Source of the DNA: a virus
Lineage: Duplodnaviria; Caudoviricetes
Virus record (IMG/VR): IMGVR_UViG_3300006121_000011
Location: 1-50,300 of that record
Direction: 5' to 3' (one strand)
DNA length: 50,300 nucleotides
In this document: piece by piece, positions 9,405 through 18,528 of the stretch
Position numbering within the stretch: position 1 is the stretch's first letter
How the letters are laid out: the number at the start of each line of letters is the position of its first letter
Notes under the pieces: model-generated
Database searches by the model: none
What the model saw: the letters and a program-made list of their open reading frames with translations, nothing else
Told to the model about the DNA's origin: nothing
Program-made: the position numbers and the translations under genes

Positions 9405-11147
9405 TTACAATCCTGTAAAGGTTGAAACCAAAGATGCTACGGGAACAGCCGCAAGTTGATGTCCGGTTGGCGCGGGATGCGTACCGTCAATAGTGGGAAG
9501 CTGTTGAATGATATAAGTGCTGGTTGCATCGGTAGCTACACCAAGATTATAAGATATAATCTGCGTAGCTGTGTTAGCCGAAATTGTGCCTACTGACCCC
9601 GCGCCTGTGCCACCCGTAATGATAATGATATAACCAATCCATTGATTGGTCGTCCATGATTTAGTGGTATCATTTAGATAAGTAGTGCCGCCCGCCCCCG
9701 ATGCCGTACCGGAAACAGCCGGTGAAGTTTGTTGTACCCACCAACGGCCACCATTTTGCGTAAGGACGTTTGATGAATTGGCTTCTACCGTATTCGCCGT
9801 TTCAATATAGCCAGATAATGGAGCCGGAACAGTCCTAATCCATGCGTTAAGCGCAAGGCGATTTGTTTCATAAACTTGAACACCGCCGCCACTTACATAA
9901 GAACCGTTACCGGTTGAACCATTAAGGGTGAAAGTCGTTGCGCCCGTTACAGTGACAACAAAAGTTCCATTAGCCGCCGTGTTGCCTGTAACGCCGGAAA
10001 TAGTCGTTGTTTGCCCTGTCGTTAAATAATGGTTTGACGATGTGGTAATCTGGATCGGGCTTGCATTGGTTGCGCCGCTGATCGTAGTTGTGACCGGCGT
10101 TTGATTAGTCGTTGTAACGAATTTATCCGTTGAAGTTGTGCGTGGAAAATAGGTAGTTTGATATACCGGAATACCGCGAGATGCAAAACGATTCCAATGT
10201 AACAACAAATTGGCCTGTAAAGTTGCCAATGTTTGGTTGTTAATATCGTTGCTGCCCCATTCCGTAATCGCATATTCAAGGCTAGACACATGACGTTGCA
10301 AAGCGGGGGCGTTAGAATAAACCAAACTTTCTGCTAACGTGGAACCAGCAACGGCTAATTGTGCGTAATTAAGAGTTGGGGTAGCTGAATAACCGCCAAC
10401 ACCGCGCACACCAAATCCGTAGTTTTGTGAAGTATAAGTAGAGTTTTGCGGCGTTACATCACCTGAACCGGCCATAATGCTATCGCCAAACAAACCGATT
10501 GCAGCAGAAGTTTTTGGATAAGTAGCCCCAAGAATGGCAACAGGATTATAACAATTAGACCCCGAGCCACTATTGGCTAATGCACCAGTTCCATTTGCGC
10601 TATCTACCGCATTGTTTCCGTAACTCCATGTAGTTGTCCCCTGTGCGTTTAATGGCCATTTTTGCCCAGAAGAAACAGTTACAGTAACGCGTACATAGGC
10701 TGTAGTGGCGGCAGGAAGATCATAAGGAATAACGTCAGAAATAACTTCCGAATTGTTGTTAATTACAACCGCCGAAGAGCCGCTAAATGTCATGGGAATA
10801 TAGGTAGACCCTACTTCCAAGGCGGCATTGACGGTGATTGCATTGCCAGGACCGGCTTGAACCAAAGCCGTGCTGATCCCATAATTCGGAAATACTACTT
10901 TCAAATCATAAGTATATTGTGGAAAATAAAATGGAATACGATAAGTGCGTTGCGTGTCAGTACCGTTGCTTAGACCAGTACCGGCGTTCAAATCGCATTG
11001 CGAGACTATTTGCCCCGCGCCATAAGAATTTAATCGACGAACGATAGATGTAGACAAAGACGTAGCCCCAGTGCCACCAGATGATGTGGCCAATGTGCCA
11101 TTTGTTATGCTTGAGGCATTTGGTGTAGCAACTGCTTTAAGAACCAT
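9405..11147 (-). CDS. SGNH/GDSL esterase-containing virion-associated protein with inserted beta modules
   Basis: Block I FGDSI, block II AVAGS, block III WGSNDI, block V DGTHP; Thr/Gly-rich modules between III and V. Confidence 0.8.
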   Translation of the reverse strand: MVLKAVATPNASSITNGTLATSSGGTGATSLSTSIVRRLNSYGAGQIVSQCDLNAGTGLSNGTDTQRTYRIPFYFPQYTYDLKVVFPNYGISTALVQAGPGNAITVNAALEVGSTYIPMTFSGSSAVVINNNSEVISDVIPYDLPAATTAYVRVTVTVSSGQKWPLNAQGTTTWSYGNNAVDSANGTGALANSGSGSNCYNPVAILGATYPKTSAAIGLFGDSIMAGSGDVTPQNSTYTSQNYGFGVRGVGGYSATPTLNYAQLAVAGSTLAESLVYSNAPALQRHVSSLEYAITEWGSNDINNQTLATLQANLLLHWNRFASRGIPVYQTTYFPRTTSTDKFVTTTNQTPVTTTISGATNASPIQITTSSNHYLTTGQTTTISGVTGNTAANGTFVVTVTGATTFTLNGSTGNGSYVSGGGVQVYETNRLALNAWIRTVPAPLSGYIETANTVEANSSNVLTQNGGRWWVQQTSPAVSGTASGAGGTTYLNDTTKSWTTNQWIGYIIIITGGTGAGSVGTISANTATQIISYNLGVATDATSTYIIQQLPTIDGTHPAPTGHQLAAVPVASLVSTFTGL

Positions 11148-11149
11148 GA

Positions 11150-11488
11150 TTAGTTACCTTCGCCAATCGCAAAATATACGTTTCCAGAACCACTTGCCAA
11201 AATAATGGCAACGTTGGTCGCTGGCATACCCATTCCAATTACAACTTCAGCACCGGGTGCTACAAAATCAGGACTTGACGTGGTTGCTGTTGCCGATGAT
11301 GTTCCATAAGCAATAAAAGCTGTTCCACTTGCTCCATTATAAACATGCAAATCAGTATAGCCCCCAGCAAATCCCGCCGTTCCAGAAACGGCAGCGGGTT
11401 GCGCAACAACGGTATTTTGGCTGCTTGTTGTAGCCGCCAATGTATAGCTGGAACCAAATCCCTTAAAATTCTTTAATGTAATGGTCAC
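11150..11488 (-). CDS. Small beta-rich putative structural protein
   Basis: AGGAGA SD precedes GTG at 11488, which overlaps the upstream TGA; start revised from 11506. Confidence 0.65.
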   Translation of the reverse strand: MTITLKNFKGFGSSYTLAATTSSQNTVVAQPAAVSGTAGFAGGYTDLHVYNGASGTAFIAYGTSSATATTSSPDFVAPGAEVVIGMGMPATNVAIILASGSGNVYFAIGEGN

Positions 11489-13071
11489 GACATTTTCTCC
11501 TGACAAATTAAATTGGCACCAACACTGGCTGGCGTTCCGTTAATAGTTGTAACTGCAACCGATAAAATATCGGGATAATTTCCTTTAATTAAATTAACCA
11601 ATGGAAAGAAATTATTTAAATCAAATGTTTGCAAACCAGAACCACCAGCAGGCGCCGTAAATGCATAAACAACTTCCCCACCCGATAATGCTGTAGCCGA
11701 AACATCTCTTGTTGCAAACGAATAAGCTGAACCCAAACTTGAAAGCGCCACAAATGATGCCCCCGTTAATACAACCGGTGATGTCGGCGTGCTGGCAATC
11801 AATTCAATTTGGCACAATGCACTTGACGTAATCACTAAACTAACAGGCAACAATTGACCACGATTGATATAACCAATTGTATAATTAATACCAGCGGTCA
11901 CCGCAGAAGATATGGGAAGTCCGGTTATAATGTCTTGAAAAGTTAAAGTGTTTGTGGTGTTTGCGGTAATAACTGCCGTTAATCCATTTGTTCCCAATGA
12001 GGGAAACAAAACATATTTACCGACCCATTGATTAGCCGTCCATGGAGTGCCAGAAACAACGGCTGTTGAAGTTGAACCTGATGTTATGGCAGCACTGGCT
12101 TGAGTGTATTCAATTGTCCCCATTGTGCGAGGCTGAATTGACAGAATTGGATAACGGACAGTATTTGAAGAAACGGTACGTTGTGGAACCTGAGCCGCCA
12201 TCCCATAGGAATAGGTAAAGCCACGTTGTGAATCAATGCCCCCCTCAACCAAAACTGAAACACCGTAATGATAAAAAGTTGTGCCACTTGTAACAGTTCC
12301 GATGTTACGCAATTCATAACGAGCAGGCAAATTACCGGTTCGGCACCATGGCGTAGAACCAAAATTTCCTTGCCCAATTTGATGCAAAATGTATTGCTCG
12401 CCATTAATCGTTACGCCCCAACGCAATGAACCAGCCCCATACCAAGCATATTCAATAAACAACATTTGAATGTTGCTCCAATTAATGCCTGTTTTTACAT
12501 TGTAGGGATCAGTCCAATTCTCGTAACTAATGCGAGTGTCCGTAGCAACACCCCCAATATTTGAACGGTAAACGCAAAACATTCCAGATGGGTTGGTTGC
12601 CGTGGGATCGGCCTGTTCAAAAAAGATGCCGTTACCGTCATCAAAAAATCCAACGCGTTGACGTTGATTTGTAACAGCGCCGCCAAAATTACACGCCGTT
12701 GCCATTTTCATGGTTTTGCCCGGCTGATAACGATGATAAGGGCGTGATTGACGAATGGCAATATCAGTTGACCCAGTCGTAATTGTCATTTGAACGCCGC
12801 CAGAAGACGATACAGCGGCTACAGTTGCACTGCCAGCCGTAAATGCTTCCCAACGCAAAGGCTGCGTACCATATTCAAAATCAGCTTCATAAATGTTTTG
12901 ATGAGCCGATATAAGCATACGGCTTGTTACATCCCGCAGACGTTGCGGCAATTGAAAACGAGCAGTGTTGGTTTCAATAGTATTCTGCGCCCCATTGTTA
13001 TCAAATATCGTAACTGGAGTCTTCCCAGCCATGTTGTCAGAAAGGCCAGATGTGCCGGGACTAATTGCCAT
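11485..13071 (-). CDS. Putative virion fibre/spike protein (beta-sandwich, lectin-like)
   Basis: YHRYQPGK, QRVGFFDDGNGIFFE, IEYAWYGAGSLRWG, NLPARYE motifs; Thr/Ser-rich C-half. Confidence 0.6.
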   Translation of the reverse strand: MAISPGTSGLSDNMAGKTPVTIFDNNGAQNTIETNTARFQLPQRLRDVTSRMLISAHQNIYEADFEYGTQPLRWEAFTAGSATVAAVSSSGGVQMTITTGSTDIAIRQSRPYHRYQPGKTMKMATACNFGGAVTNQRQRVGFFDDGNGIFFEQADPTATNPSGMFCVYRSNIGGVATDTRISYENWTDPYNVKTGINWSNIQMLFIEYAWYGAGSLRWGVTINGEQYILHQIGQGNFGSTPWCRTGNLPARYELRNIGTVTSGTTFYHYGVSVLVEGGIDSQRGFTYSYGMAAQVPQRTVSSNTVRYPILSIQPRTMGTIEYTQASAAITSGSTSTAVVSGTPWTANQWVGKYVLFPSLGTNGLTAVITANTTNTLTFQDIITGLPISSAVTAGINYTIGYINRGQLLPVSLVITSSALCQIELIASTPTSPVVLTGASFVALSSLGSAYSFATRDVSATALSGGEVVYAFTAPAGGSGLQTFDLNNFFPLVNLIKGNYPDILSVAVTTINGTPASVGANLICQEKMS

Positions 13072-13082
13072 TTTATAAACCT

Positions 13083-13949
13083 TTAATTAATTTGTTGAAC
13101 GATAAATGACGAACCACTCAAAACGGTAGATGCAGACGCATTGCTTGCATTCTGTGCAAATTGAATCGTAAGCGTACCAGCGGTAGAAACAAAAATAGTT
13201 CCCTCAATATCAATTCGAGCCGCCGTAACAGCCGTAACCGCGCCAACAGCACCAGCTAAAACAACAGAACGACTTTGCGTAATCGACCCACCATTTTGCG
13301 TAGATGCTTCATAAACAATTGTTGAGGCCGTACAAGTCCCGCCTACAGCCGCCTGAACACCACCGGCAACGTTACTTGTCGTGTACAATGTTGCATAAAA
13401 CACATAATTTTTATTGGCCAAAACGTTAACACTAAGGCCAGTAACGTTTGCCAAAACAATAGAATTTGTTACCGAAAATGGTGTCGATACAACTTTTTGA
13501 CCCGACCATTTAACATATCCGGTAACAGTCAAACTTTGTGCAGCATCAAAGGTTGCAGCCAATACAGGGGATGCAGTCCCACCAGTTGTGTAAACATTCA
13601 CAACCCCAGAGGTTCCCAAAGCCCCAATATCAAATTCATTATCAGTGCTATAAAGATAGGCAGCATAAGAATTTACAAATGGAGCAGAACCCCCATTTGA
13701 ATTGTTTATCCCAAAATCTGCGTAATGGGTTAATGCCGTACCCTGATCCGCAGTAACGACATAATCAGAACTTGCCGAAATGCCGTTTGACAAATTTTGT
13801 AAATTAATCTGCCAATAATTGTTTTGATTTGAATTAAGCTGCGCAGCAATCGTTGAATTAACGTCAGAAACACCTGGTGGCCCAGATGTTAATGGACAAA
13901 GAATTTCATCGCCGCCTGTGTAGATGTCTGCTAAACCTGATGCTGGCAT
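13083..13949 (-). CDS. Putative structural fibre protein
   Basis: 288 aa, Ser/Thr/Ala/Val-rich, ends GTLTIQFAQN...GSSFIVQQIN. Confidence 0.55.
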   Translation of the reverse strand: MPASGLADIYTGGDEILCPLTSGPPGVSDVNSTIAAQLNSNQNNYWQINLQNLSNGISASSDYVVTADQGTALTHYADFGINNSNGGSAPFVNSYAAYLYSTDNEFDIGALGTSGVVNVYTTGGTASPVLAATFDAAQSLTVTGYVKWSGQKVVSTPFSVTNSIVLANVTGLSVNVLANKNYVFYATLYTTSNVAGGVQAAVGGTCTASTIVYEASTQNGGSITQSRSVVLAGAVGAVTAVTAARIDIEGTIFVSTAGTLTIQFAQNASNASASTVLSGSSFIVQQIN

Positions 13950-13952
13950 TTT

Positions 13953-14123
13953 TTAATCCGTATAAACATTGGGATCACGTTCAAAAATTCGCCCATTAGA
14001 AAATTCATAAATCCAAGGGCGCGTATATTTGCGATGCCAATCTGGATCAGCAAATAAAACTTCATTTTGCCAAGATATAATCTTGGTCGGTGGAGGCGTA
14101 AATGGATAAAGCGGAGTACTCAA
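13953..14123 (-). CDS. Hypothetical 56-aa protein (not in ORF track)
   Basis: TTG start; MSTPLYPFTPPP...WIYEFSNGRIFERD; fills the gap between neighbours. Confidence 0.6.
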   Translation of the reverse strand: MSTPLYPFTPPPTKIISWQNEVLFADPDWHRKYTRPWIYEFSNGRIFERDPNVYTD

Positions 14124-14124
14124 T

Positions 14125-14337
14125 TTATTTCATCCCAAAATTGCCGCGATCAGTTTCAACCGTCTTGGGTTTTTTGCTTTTAGCCCAATGCATAGCCTTG
14201 CCCGATTTAATTGTTTCAGCCGCCTTCTTCTGGCTATAAGCAATCGCAACAGCCTGCTTTTGTGGCTTGCCAGCCTTCATTTCAGTGGCAATGTTTTTGC
14301 CAAACGCTTTTTTGCTAGGTGATTTAACTAGTGGCAT
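14125..14337 (-). CDS. Small basic phage protein
   Basis: MPLVKSPSKKAFGKNIATEMKAGKPQKQAVAIAY; the KPQKQAVAIA motif is common in phage late regions. Confidence 0.8.
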   Translation of the reverse strand: MPLVKSPSKKAFGKNIATEMKAGKPQKQAVAIAYSQKKAAETIKSGKAMHWAKSKKPKTVETDRGNFGMK

Positions 14338-14522
14338 TATTCTTCCTTATATTCTTCCGGAGATGGGTTTTTAACAATATTCTTAACTGGAGATACCGAA
14401 GCGGCAATCAAACGATGGACATGAGAAGAAGAAAGACCAAATTCATCGCCTAATTCAGAATAAGTCATTCCTTGCGCCCTGCGCCGCACCATCTGCTTAA
14501 CACGATGCTCGTGCTGCCCCAT
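14337..14522 (-). CDS. Small HTH protein
   Basis: RRRAQGMTYSELGDEFGLSSSHVHRLI fits a helix-turn-helix; TAATG coupling. Confidence 0.65.
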   Translation of the reverse strand: MGQHEHRVKQMVRRRAQGMTYSELGDEFGLSSSHVHRLIAASVSPVKNIVKNPSPEEYKEE

Positions 14523-14680
14523 TATTTTTCCTCGTATTCACGATCCATCAAGGGATTATGCTTGATGTTACCACGAAACAAATGCTCGTTTGTATGCAAA
14601 TGCTTTTTCGCACCCTTATGCTCTTTGGGATGCGGCGGCTCAACATTGTTGTGCATCATAGCTTTAACTTTATTTTTCAT
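14522..14680 (-). CDS. His/Lys-rich 52-aa protein (not in ORF track)
   Basis: MKNKVKAMMHNNVEPPHPKEHKGAKKHLHTNEH...; GAGGA SD; TAATG coupling downstream. Confidence 0.65.
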   Translation of the reverse strand: MKNKVKAMMHNNVEPPHPKEHKGAKKHLHTNEHLFRGNIKHNPLMDREYEEK

Positions 14681-14884
14681 TTAATCCTCGCTCTTATAAG
14701 AATTAGCCCGAATACGAGTAGCGCCTTGCTTTTTGTTCATATGCATTAAATGACCATGACGTAAATGTTCCGCAACATGTTCATGTTCTTTTTTGCCAGA
14801 ATGTTTATGTTTGTTTTCAGCATTAACCGCAGCTTTATCCGCCATGCGATCTTCTTTGCTATGTTCCCACTGTTTAAGATTCAT
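14681..14884 (-). CDS. His/Lys-rich hypothetical protein
   Basis: AAGGA SD; abuts neighbours. Confidence 0.7.
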   Translation of the reverse strand: MNLKQWEHSKEDRMADKAAVNAENKHKHSGKKEHEHVAEHLRHGHLMHMNKKQGATRIRANSYKSED

Positions 14885-15187
14885 TTAATTTCCTTGTAAA
14901 ATAGCCGTCACGGCCTTGTTGTTTTCAAAATTCATTGGGAGCCGATTATGTGGGACAGTCTTTTGCGCGAAAGAACATTGAGAATATGATGGAGGGGTAA
15001 TCAAATAATCTCCGCTTTCAGTTATAAGCGCAACCGCAACATAATCGGCCACCTCTGAAGGGTATTCTTCTTTGCGATACATCTGCGCAACCTTGCGGCG
15101 TTCTCTCAATGGAATTTCCTTAATAGGAAAATCAACCAAAATGTGACCTGTGTCTTTAGCCGTTTGTAGATTGGTAAGATAAGACAT
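14885..15187 (-). CDS. Hypothetical protein
   Basis: GGGGA SD and upstream promoter candidate. Confidence 0.7.
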   Translation of the reverse strand: MSYLTNLQTAKDTGHILVDFPIKEIPLRERRKVAQMYRKEEYPSEVADYVAVALITESGDYLITPPSYSQCSFAQKTVPHNRLPMNFENNKAVTAILQGN

Positions 15188-15205
15188 AAAAAATCCCCTA
15201 CCAGC

Positions 15206-15234
15206 ATCTTATGCCATGTGTTTAGTTAAGTCAA
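15206..15234 (-). promoter_or_regulatory. Sigma70-type promoter candidate
   Basis: TTGACT-N17-TAAGAT on the minus strand upstream of 15187. Confidence 0.6.
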
Positions 15235-15353
15235 ACATTCTTATTAAGGGCTTTGCAAAAAGCCTTATGCGTCATTTCTTTTTTTGGTTTTTCCTTAACC
15301 GGCGGCTTAACCGGACGATTAATTGCGCCTGAAGATAATTTATTAACTGTCAT
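15231..15353 (-). CDS. Basic 40-aa peptide (not in ORF track)
   Basis: MTVNKLSSGAINRPVKPPVKEKPKKEMTHKAFCKALNKNV; ATG overlaps the terL end. Confidence 0.4.
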   Translation of the reverse strand: MTVNKLSSGAINRPVKPPVKEKPKKEMTHKAFCKALNKNV

Positions 15354-17022
15354 GGAACACCGGAGGGTCAAGGTTTCTACGTTCATAAGTCATAGGCTCG
15401 ACAAGGTTCATATCATAAACCCTGCTTGTCGCATCAAGTAAATCATCATGTGCCCCAAAAGGAAATTGCAAATATTCCTGCATAAGGCGAACAGTCAAAT
15501 CATAAATTTGTTTTTCATTATCTTTCTTTTTAAGAGCTTTTGCAACAAGATCAAAACTACCAGCATCAAGAAATTGCTGTTGCTTTTTTGTCAGCCCCCT
15601 AAATTCAGAATAAACGATAGCCTGATATTGTTTTGATTCAGGGTCATCCTCAATCCGCCAAGTCTGAGCGCGGCCATCATGCCAAACCGCATTAGGCAAT
15701 AAAAGCCTTCTATTGCGAAAATCAGGCTCAAGCCTGTCAATTCGCGCTTCTTTTGATTGGCCAGAATTGTTTGACCAGTTTAATTCCTCAATCGCAAAAT
15801 TAATCATTGGCTTGTCAACTCGCATCCTTTCCTCAAAATACTCACGATCAGATTGCAAGCCGTATCGTTCCCATCCCACAGAAATGGTTCCTATTCCAGG
15901 TTCCCGCATCCATTTAACGTAAAGATTGCGTAAGGTTTCCCAGCGTTGAGAAAGCGACATCCGATGGCAAGCGCCGTCTAATAAATATTTCACGCCACCC
16001 TTGGCATATCCGATAACAACTATTGCCGTGTTGTCGCTGTCTTTGCCGCGACCAAGCGAAGGGTCGCCCATAATGCCAATATTAAGAATTGCTGGCCTGA
16101 CTTCATAGGACGTAAGCCACAAAGGTTGAAACCGCGCATCTTCATCAGCCAATGGGTTTTGTAATTGCTGACTAGCAATAGATTTTCTAGACGATTTCTT
16201 TTTAATGGTTTCCCATTCATGCTCGCTAAAAAATACTGGCTTTCCATCCATGCGTCCGTTTGAGGTCGCCGGAAACAATCTTTCGGAAACAGCGTTGCGA
16301 GAGATCATTGTCGCATATGTATCGTGCAAGCTATAACGCGTTCCAATGTAACGTTCTATATTTTCTCCGCCACCAAGATTAAGCGACATTTCCCAAGCCG
16401 AAGTCGTCTTTTCTATTTGATCGGCGGTTGATACCGATTCAACCGTCACAACGTCATCATAAACTCTACGCCTAAAATGTTTTGAAGTCGGCTGGCTATC
16501 GACAAGCCCCCAAGCCTCAATCGTCGCCTCTTTTGGATTTCCGTTACGCTTAACAATAATCCCGCCTTGTTCTGACCATTGTTGCGCTTGCTTTTGAGGT
16601 TCCGACCATAAAATATCGTCAAAGTCAGCTTTCAATTCTTCATTGATTTCAAATTCGCGTTTTATTTGTTTAAGAAATGCCGCGCTGATATTTCTGGTAT
16701 GTGCGAACATTCCAAACGTAACATCTGGGTCATTTAGAATATCCTGAATTGTCAAGGCAAAAGTTATGATGGTTGATTTGTAATGTCCTCGTGCCCACAA
16801 ATCCAAATGCCCATTGGGGCTTTCTTGCACTTGGCGGCAACGGTCAAATAGCCAATCTCGATTTGCGTCTGATCTTTTTAATCCAAAAACCAAAAGATAA
16901 AATAAATCATTTTTTGCTAATTGGCGGCGCGTTTCTTTTGCTAATTCGTTTGTCGTACATTTTGACAATGCGTTAGCGTACCAACGAATCGCTTCTTGTC
17001 GCGTTTTGGGTAATACCAACAT
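15343..17022 (-). CDS. terL: Terminase large subunit
   Basis: Walker A-like WARGHYKST, Walker B YDDVV, YIGTRY, nuclease GDPSLG and FPFGAHDDLLDA. Confidence 0.92.
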   Translation of the reverse strand: MLVLPKTRQEAIRWYANALSKCTTNELAKETRRQLAKNDLFYLLVFGLKRSDANRDWLFDRCRQVQESPNGHLDLWARGHYKSTIITFALTIQDILNDPDVTFGMFAHTRNISAAFLKQIKREFEINEELKADFDDILWSEPQKQAQQWSEQGGIIVKRNGNPKEATIEAWGLVDSQPTSKHFRRRVYDDVVTVESVSTADQIEKTTSAWEMSLNLGGGENIERYIGTRYSLHDTYATMISRNAVSERLFPATSNGRMDGKPVFFSEHEWETIKKKSSRKSIASQQLQNPLADEDARFQPLWLTSYEVRPAILNIGIMGDPSLGRGKDSDNTAIVVIGYAKGGVKYLLDGACHRMSLSQRWETLRNLYVKWMREPGIGTISVGWERYGLQSDREYFEERMRVDKPMINFAIEELNWSNNSGQSKEARIDRLEPDFRNRRLLLPNAVWHDGRAQTWRIEDDPESKQYQAIVYSEFRGLTKKQQQFLDAGSFDLVAKALKKKDNEKQIYDLTVRLMQEYLQFPFGAHDDLLDATSRVYDMNLVEPMTYERRNLDPPVFHDS

Positions 17023-17037
17023 TTAATTAAATTAAAT

Positions 17038-17364
17038 TTAATGGGACGGCTTGCTTTCCTCTAGCATAGCCAGCACTTGCGCGGCAATAACATTCGCATC
17101 AGGTTGAGGAATTAAATCTTTGCCGTCTTGTCCGGTAACTTCGGCGCGTGACAATTTCGGAATATGATATTCGACAACGGCCATAAAAGCATTGAATGCG
17201 TCCTTTGGACTTTCTTCGGCCATGCGATCAAGCCAGCCAACAAGTCGATCAGCATTTCCTTCGACAAATTCCGCAATAGCCTGTCGCGCCCGAGTCGTCG
17301 ATTTATTCGGCGCACCCTTTGGTCTACCGCCGCCTTGTCCGTTATGTCCTTTTGGAGCTGCCAT
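17038..17364 (-). CDS. terS: Terminase small subunit
   Basis: MAAPKGHNGQGGGRPKGAPNK N-terminus and EVTGQDG C-terminal motif; upstream of terL; start revised to ATG 17364. Confidence 0.8.
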   Translation of the reverse strand: MAAPKGHNGQGGGRPKGAPNKSTTRARQAIAEFVEGNADRLVGWLDRMAEESPKDAFNAFMAVVEYHIPKLSRAEVTGQDGKDLIPQPDANVIAAQVLAMLEESKPSH

Positions 17365-17370
17365 AAAACA

Positions 17371-17398
17371 AATATAGCAAAGTTTTTTATTTTTGCAA
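17371..17398 (-). promoter_or_regulatory. Late-operon promoter candidate (possibly leaderless transcript)
   Basis: TTGCAA-N16-TATATT with 6 nt to the terS ATG and no SD. Confidence 0.6.
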
Positions 17399-17399
17399 C

Positions 17400-18012
17400 T
17401 GATTTTATAATCGACGCTACGGGGTATAATTTCATCCCACAATCGTTTTTATGTTTAGGCTGGGGCACACAGCCACTTTATGCCAAAAAGCGTTGTACGG
17501 CCAATTTTTTTATCCAAAAAATAATATGTGTTAGATTTGTTAGTATTGTAGGTCTACTTCACCAATATACCTTATTTCCAATGAAGAAAGTATTTGTTGT
17601 ACATCATAGGGTTACATTAAAATTTTTAATCTTTTGTTATTTTTGCCCCCCCCACCCCCCATATGTTCATTTAATAAAAAAAGTACAAATACTAACAATA
17701 ATACAAAAAAAATGGGTGTATCGTAAAGGAAAGAACTGAAAGAATGATATATATATAATATCTTAATATATATATTTACTTATACTATTGTTTTCATTGT
17801 ATGTATTTTTTGTAGATAAAAAAAGTTCTTTCAAAAAAAATGCATCAAAATTCAAATAAAAAAGAAAATTTACCCTAGCTTTTACATTATATAAAATTAA
17901 TACATTGTTAAACCGTCTATTTTGATTGCAATTATCTTCAATAATGACTTATTATAAATTAATGCAATCTCTGCATTTCCTAACAACATCTAACTTATAG
18001 AGGTTTTATAAA
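17400..18012. other. AT-rich divergent non-coding region; candidate replication origin/control region
   Basis: Strand switch; near-pure AT tract about 17746-17780; inverted repeat TTGTTAGTATT 17537-17547 / AATACTAACAA 17688-17698; C8-A-C6 tract 17646-17660. Confidence 0.5.
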
Positions 18013-18528
18013 ATGTCTACAAATCCTGATTTTGAGGTTATCAAGTATGATACCACTCCTTGCTTTAGAAAAAGTAACGTGAGTCGAAAGATTATTGAGA
18101 CTCTTGCTTTTTATGGCGTGAACAATTCTATTAAGATTCGGGCAACGCAAAAGGAGTTATCTGGTCTTTATTCTTATGCACAACGCAAGGGGATTAAAAT
18201 TACGCAACGAAAAATAGAAGATAATCTTTATGAGATCGCCTATATTGGCGATGTTTTTATGGTTCCTAAAAGCAAAACGGATGGCGATCCTGTGGGTTCA
18301 GGCAAAAGTGATTCGGCTAAGAATCCAGTTTCTCCGGCGCAAGAGCAATTCTTGCAGCGGATTAAGCATTATATGGTGGGGGATTATGTCGGTTCCTCGA
18401 TCAAGACGGAAAAAGAGGCGAATGAAGTAATAAACATTGCCCTTAATCGTTTATTCATGGAACTTTCTTTTACAATGGATGAAGAGGGGGCGCTTTTCCA
18501 TGTGTTAAGCAAAGGGGGTAAAAAATGA
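18013..18528 (+). CDS. Early hypothetical protein, possibly DNA-binding
   Basis: GAGGT SD; first gene of the rightward block. Confidence 0.7.
   Translation: MSTNPDFEVIKYDTTPCFRKSNVSRKIIETLAFYGVNNSIKIRATQKELSGLYSYAQRKGIKITQRKIEDNLYEIAYIGDVFMVPKSKTDGDPVGSGKSDSAKNPVSPAQEQFLQRIKHYMVGDYVGSSIKTEKEANEVINIALNRLFMELSFTMDEEGALFHVLSKGGKK

Noticed and set aside
15295-15322. CtrA boxes (three TTAA half-sites)
   Set aside because: Spacing is 8 nt rather than 7, and the pattern is explained by a PVK-PPVK peptide repeat
17027-17041. TTAA-N7-TTAA at the terS/terL junction
   Set aside because: Lies in a pure A/T stretch including a stop codon, lacks the TTAAC half-site and is not at a promoter; likely chance
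17164-17739. 191-aa plus-strand ORF
   Set aside because: Antisense to terS and runs into low-complexity non-coding DNA; no recognisable motifs
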